Shown piece after piece: positions 24,004 to 24,565 of a stretch of 24,565 nucleotides of DNA (its first letter is position 1; each line of letters begins with the position of its first letter). The DNA comes from a virus (taxonomy: Duplodnaviria > Caudoviricetes), in the IMG/VR virus record IMGVR_UViG_3300008117_000709, positions 1 through 24,565 of that record. One strand, 5' to 3'. A program made the position numbers and the translations under genes. The notes under the pieces were generated by a model, which searched no databases, was not told where the DNA came from, and saw nothing but the letters and a program-made list of their open reading frames with translations.

Positions 24004-24565
24004 TTACCTTACGCCCGTATCAAAACGAAGCCATTGACTATACGTTCAAGTACCTTGCTGAGAACGACGGCAATCCGCTGATCGTGCTACCCACAGGCAC
24101 CGGCAAGAGCTTTGTGATTGCGGAGTTTTGCCGCAAGGTCTTGGCCAACTGGCCCGACAGCAAGATCGTGGTGGTGACGCACGTACGGGAACTGATCCGC
24201 CAGAACCATGAAGAGTTGATGCGTCTGTGGCCCGAGGCCCCGGCGGGAGTGAACTCTGCGGGTTTAAATCAGCGCGACTACGACCCGGCGATTGTGTTCT
24301 GTGGGATACAGTCGGTGCACAAGCATGCGACCAAGTTCACGAAGGTGGATCTGTGCCTGATTGATGAGGCGCACCTGATCCCGCGTAAGACCAACACGAT
24401 GTACCAAAAGTTCCTAAAGACTCTGAAGGCGATGAACCCCCACCTTCGGGTGATTGGGTTGACTGCTACACCATATCGCTTGGACAGCGGGTTACTGTGC
24501 GGAGGCAGCGATGCACTCTTCACGGATGTGTCTTACGAAGCTCCGCTCTCGGACATGGTGAAGCA
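24000..24565 (+). CDS. SF2 DEAH helicase (YejH/RadD-like), truncated by window end
   Basis: Hand-translated from GTG 24000: LRPYQ, PTGTGKS, LIDEAH, GLTATPYRLD. Confidence 0.92.
   Translation, partial: MITLRPYQNEAIDYTFKYLAENDGNPLIVLPTGTGKSFVIAEFCRKVLANWPDSKIVVVTHVRELIRQNHEELMRLWPEAPAGVNSAGLNQRDYDPAIVFCGIQSVHKHATKFTKVDLCLIDEAHLIPRKTNTMYQKFLKTLKAMNPHLRVIGLTATPYRLDSGLLCGGSDALFTDVSYEAPLSDMVK

Noticed and set aside
1-24565. Alternative genetic code or stop-codon reassignment
   Set aside because: Long genes are intact in the standard code, and the breaks are frame changes, not in-frame stops.

Overview
A 24.6-kb piece of a tailed dsDNA phage genome (Caudoviricetes). The large P22-like portal, GroES-like chaperonin and scaffold-like gene resemble uncultured aquatic podovirus-like phages. 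No tRNA, rRNA, CRISPR array, integrase or transposase was seen. Layout: (i) 1-6488, minus-strand head/packaging genes (scaffold-like, GroES-like, portal, TerL, small conserved genes); (ii) 6763-7959, a self-contained plus-strand cassette (sigma70 promoter, GP88-like Fe-S protein, two small ORFs, UUCG terminator) between TerL and the putative TerS (7933-8484, minus); (iii) an AT-rich noncoding block with inverted IHF-like sites (~8560-8900); (iv) 8961-18005, a dense plus-strand accessory region of small ORFs with a SAM methyltransferase, two glycosyltransferases, a TPR-GT9-like protein and DUF3310; (v) 18082-24565, a replication/recombination module (primase-helicase, RusA, tandem-HTH repressor, then divergently AAA/Sak4-like, DUF669, Cas4-like nuclease, partial SF2 helicase). 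Main finding: a candidate ~66-nt small RNA at 18018-18083 with its own extended -10 promoter and terminator. Its 5' seed is the reverse complement of a GGAGA..AGCAC(A)-ATG motif at six start codons 6-11 kb away, suggesting a trans-acting antisense translational regulon. A shared palindromic operator-like motif occurs at several of the same promoters. Three conserved genes are broken by apparent internal deletions. All family calls are from motif recognition, not database searches.
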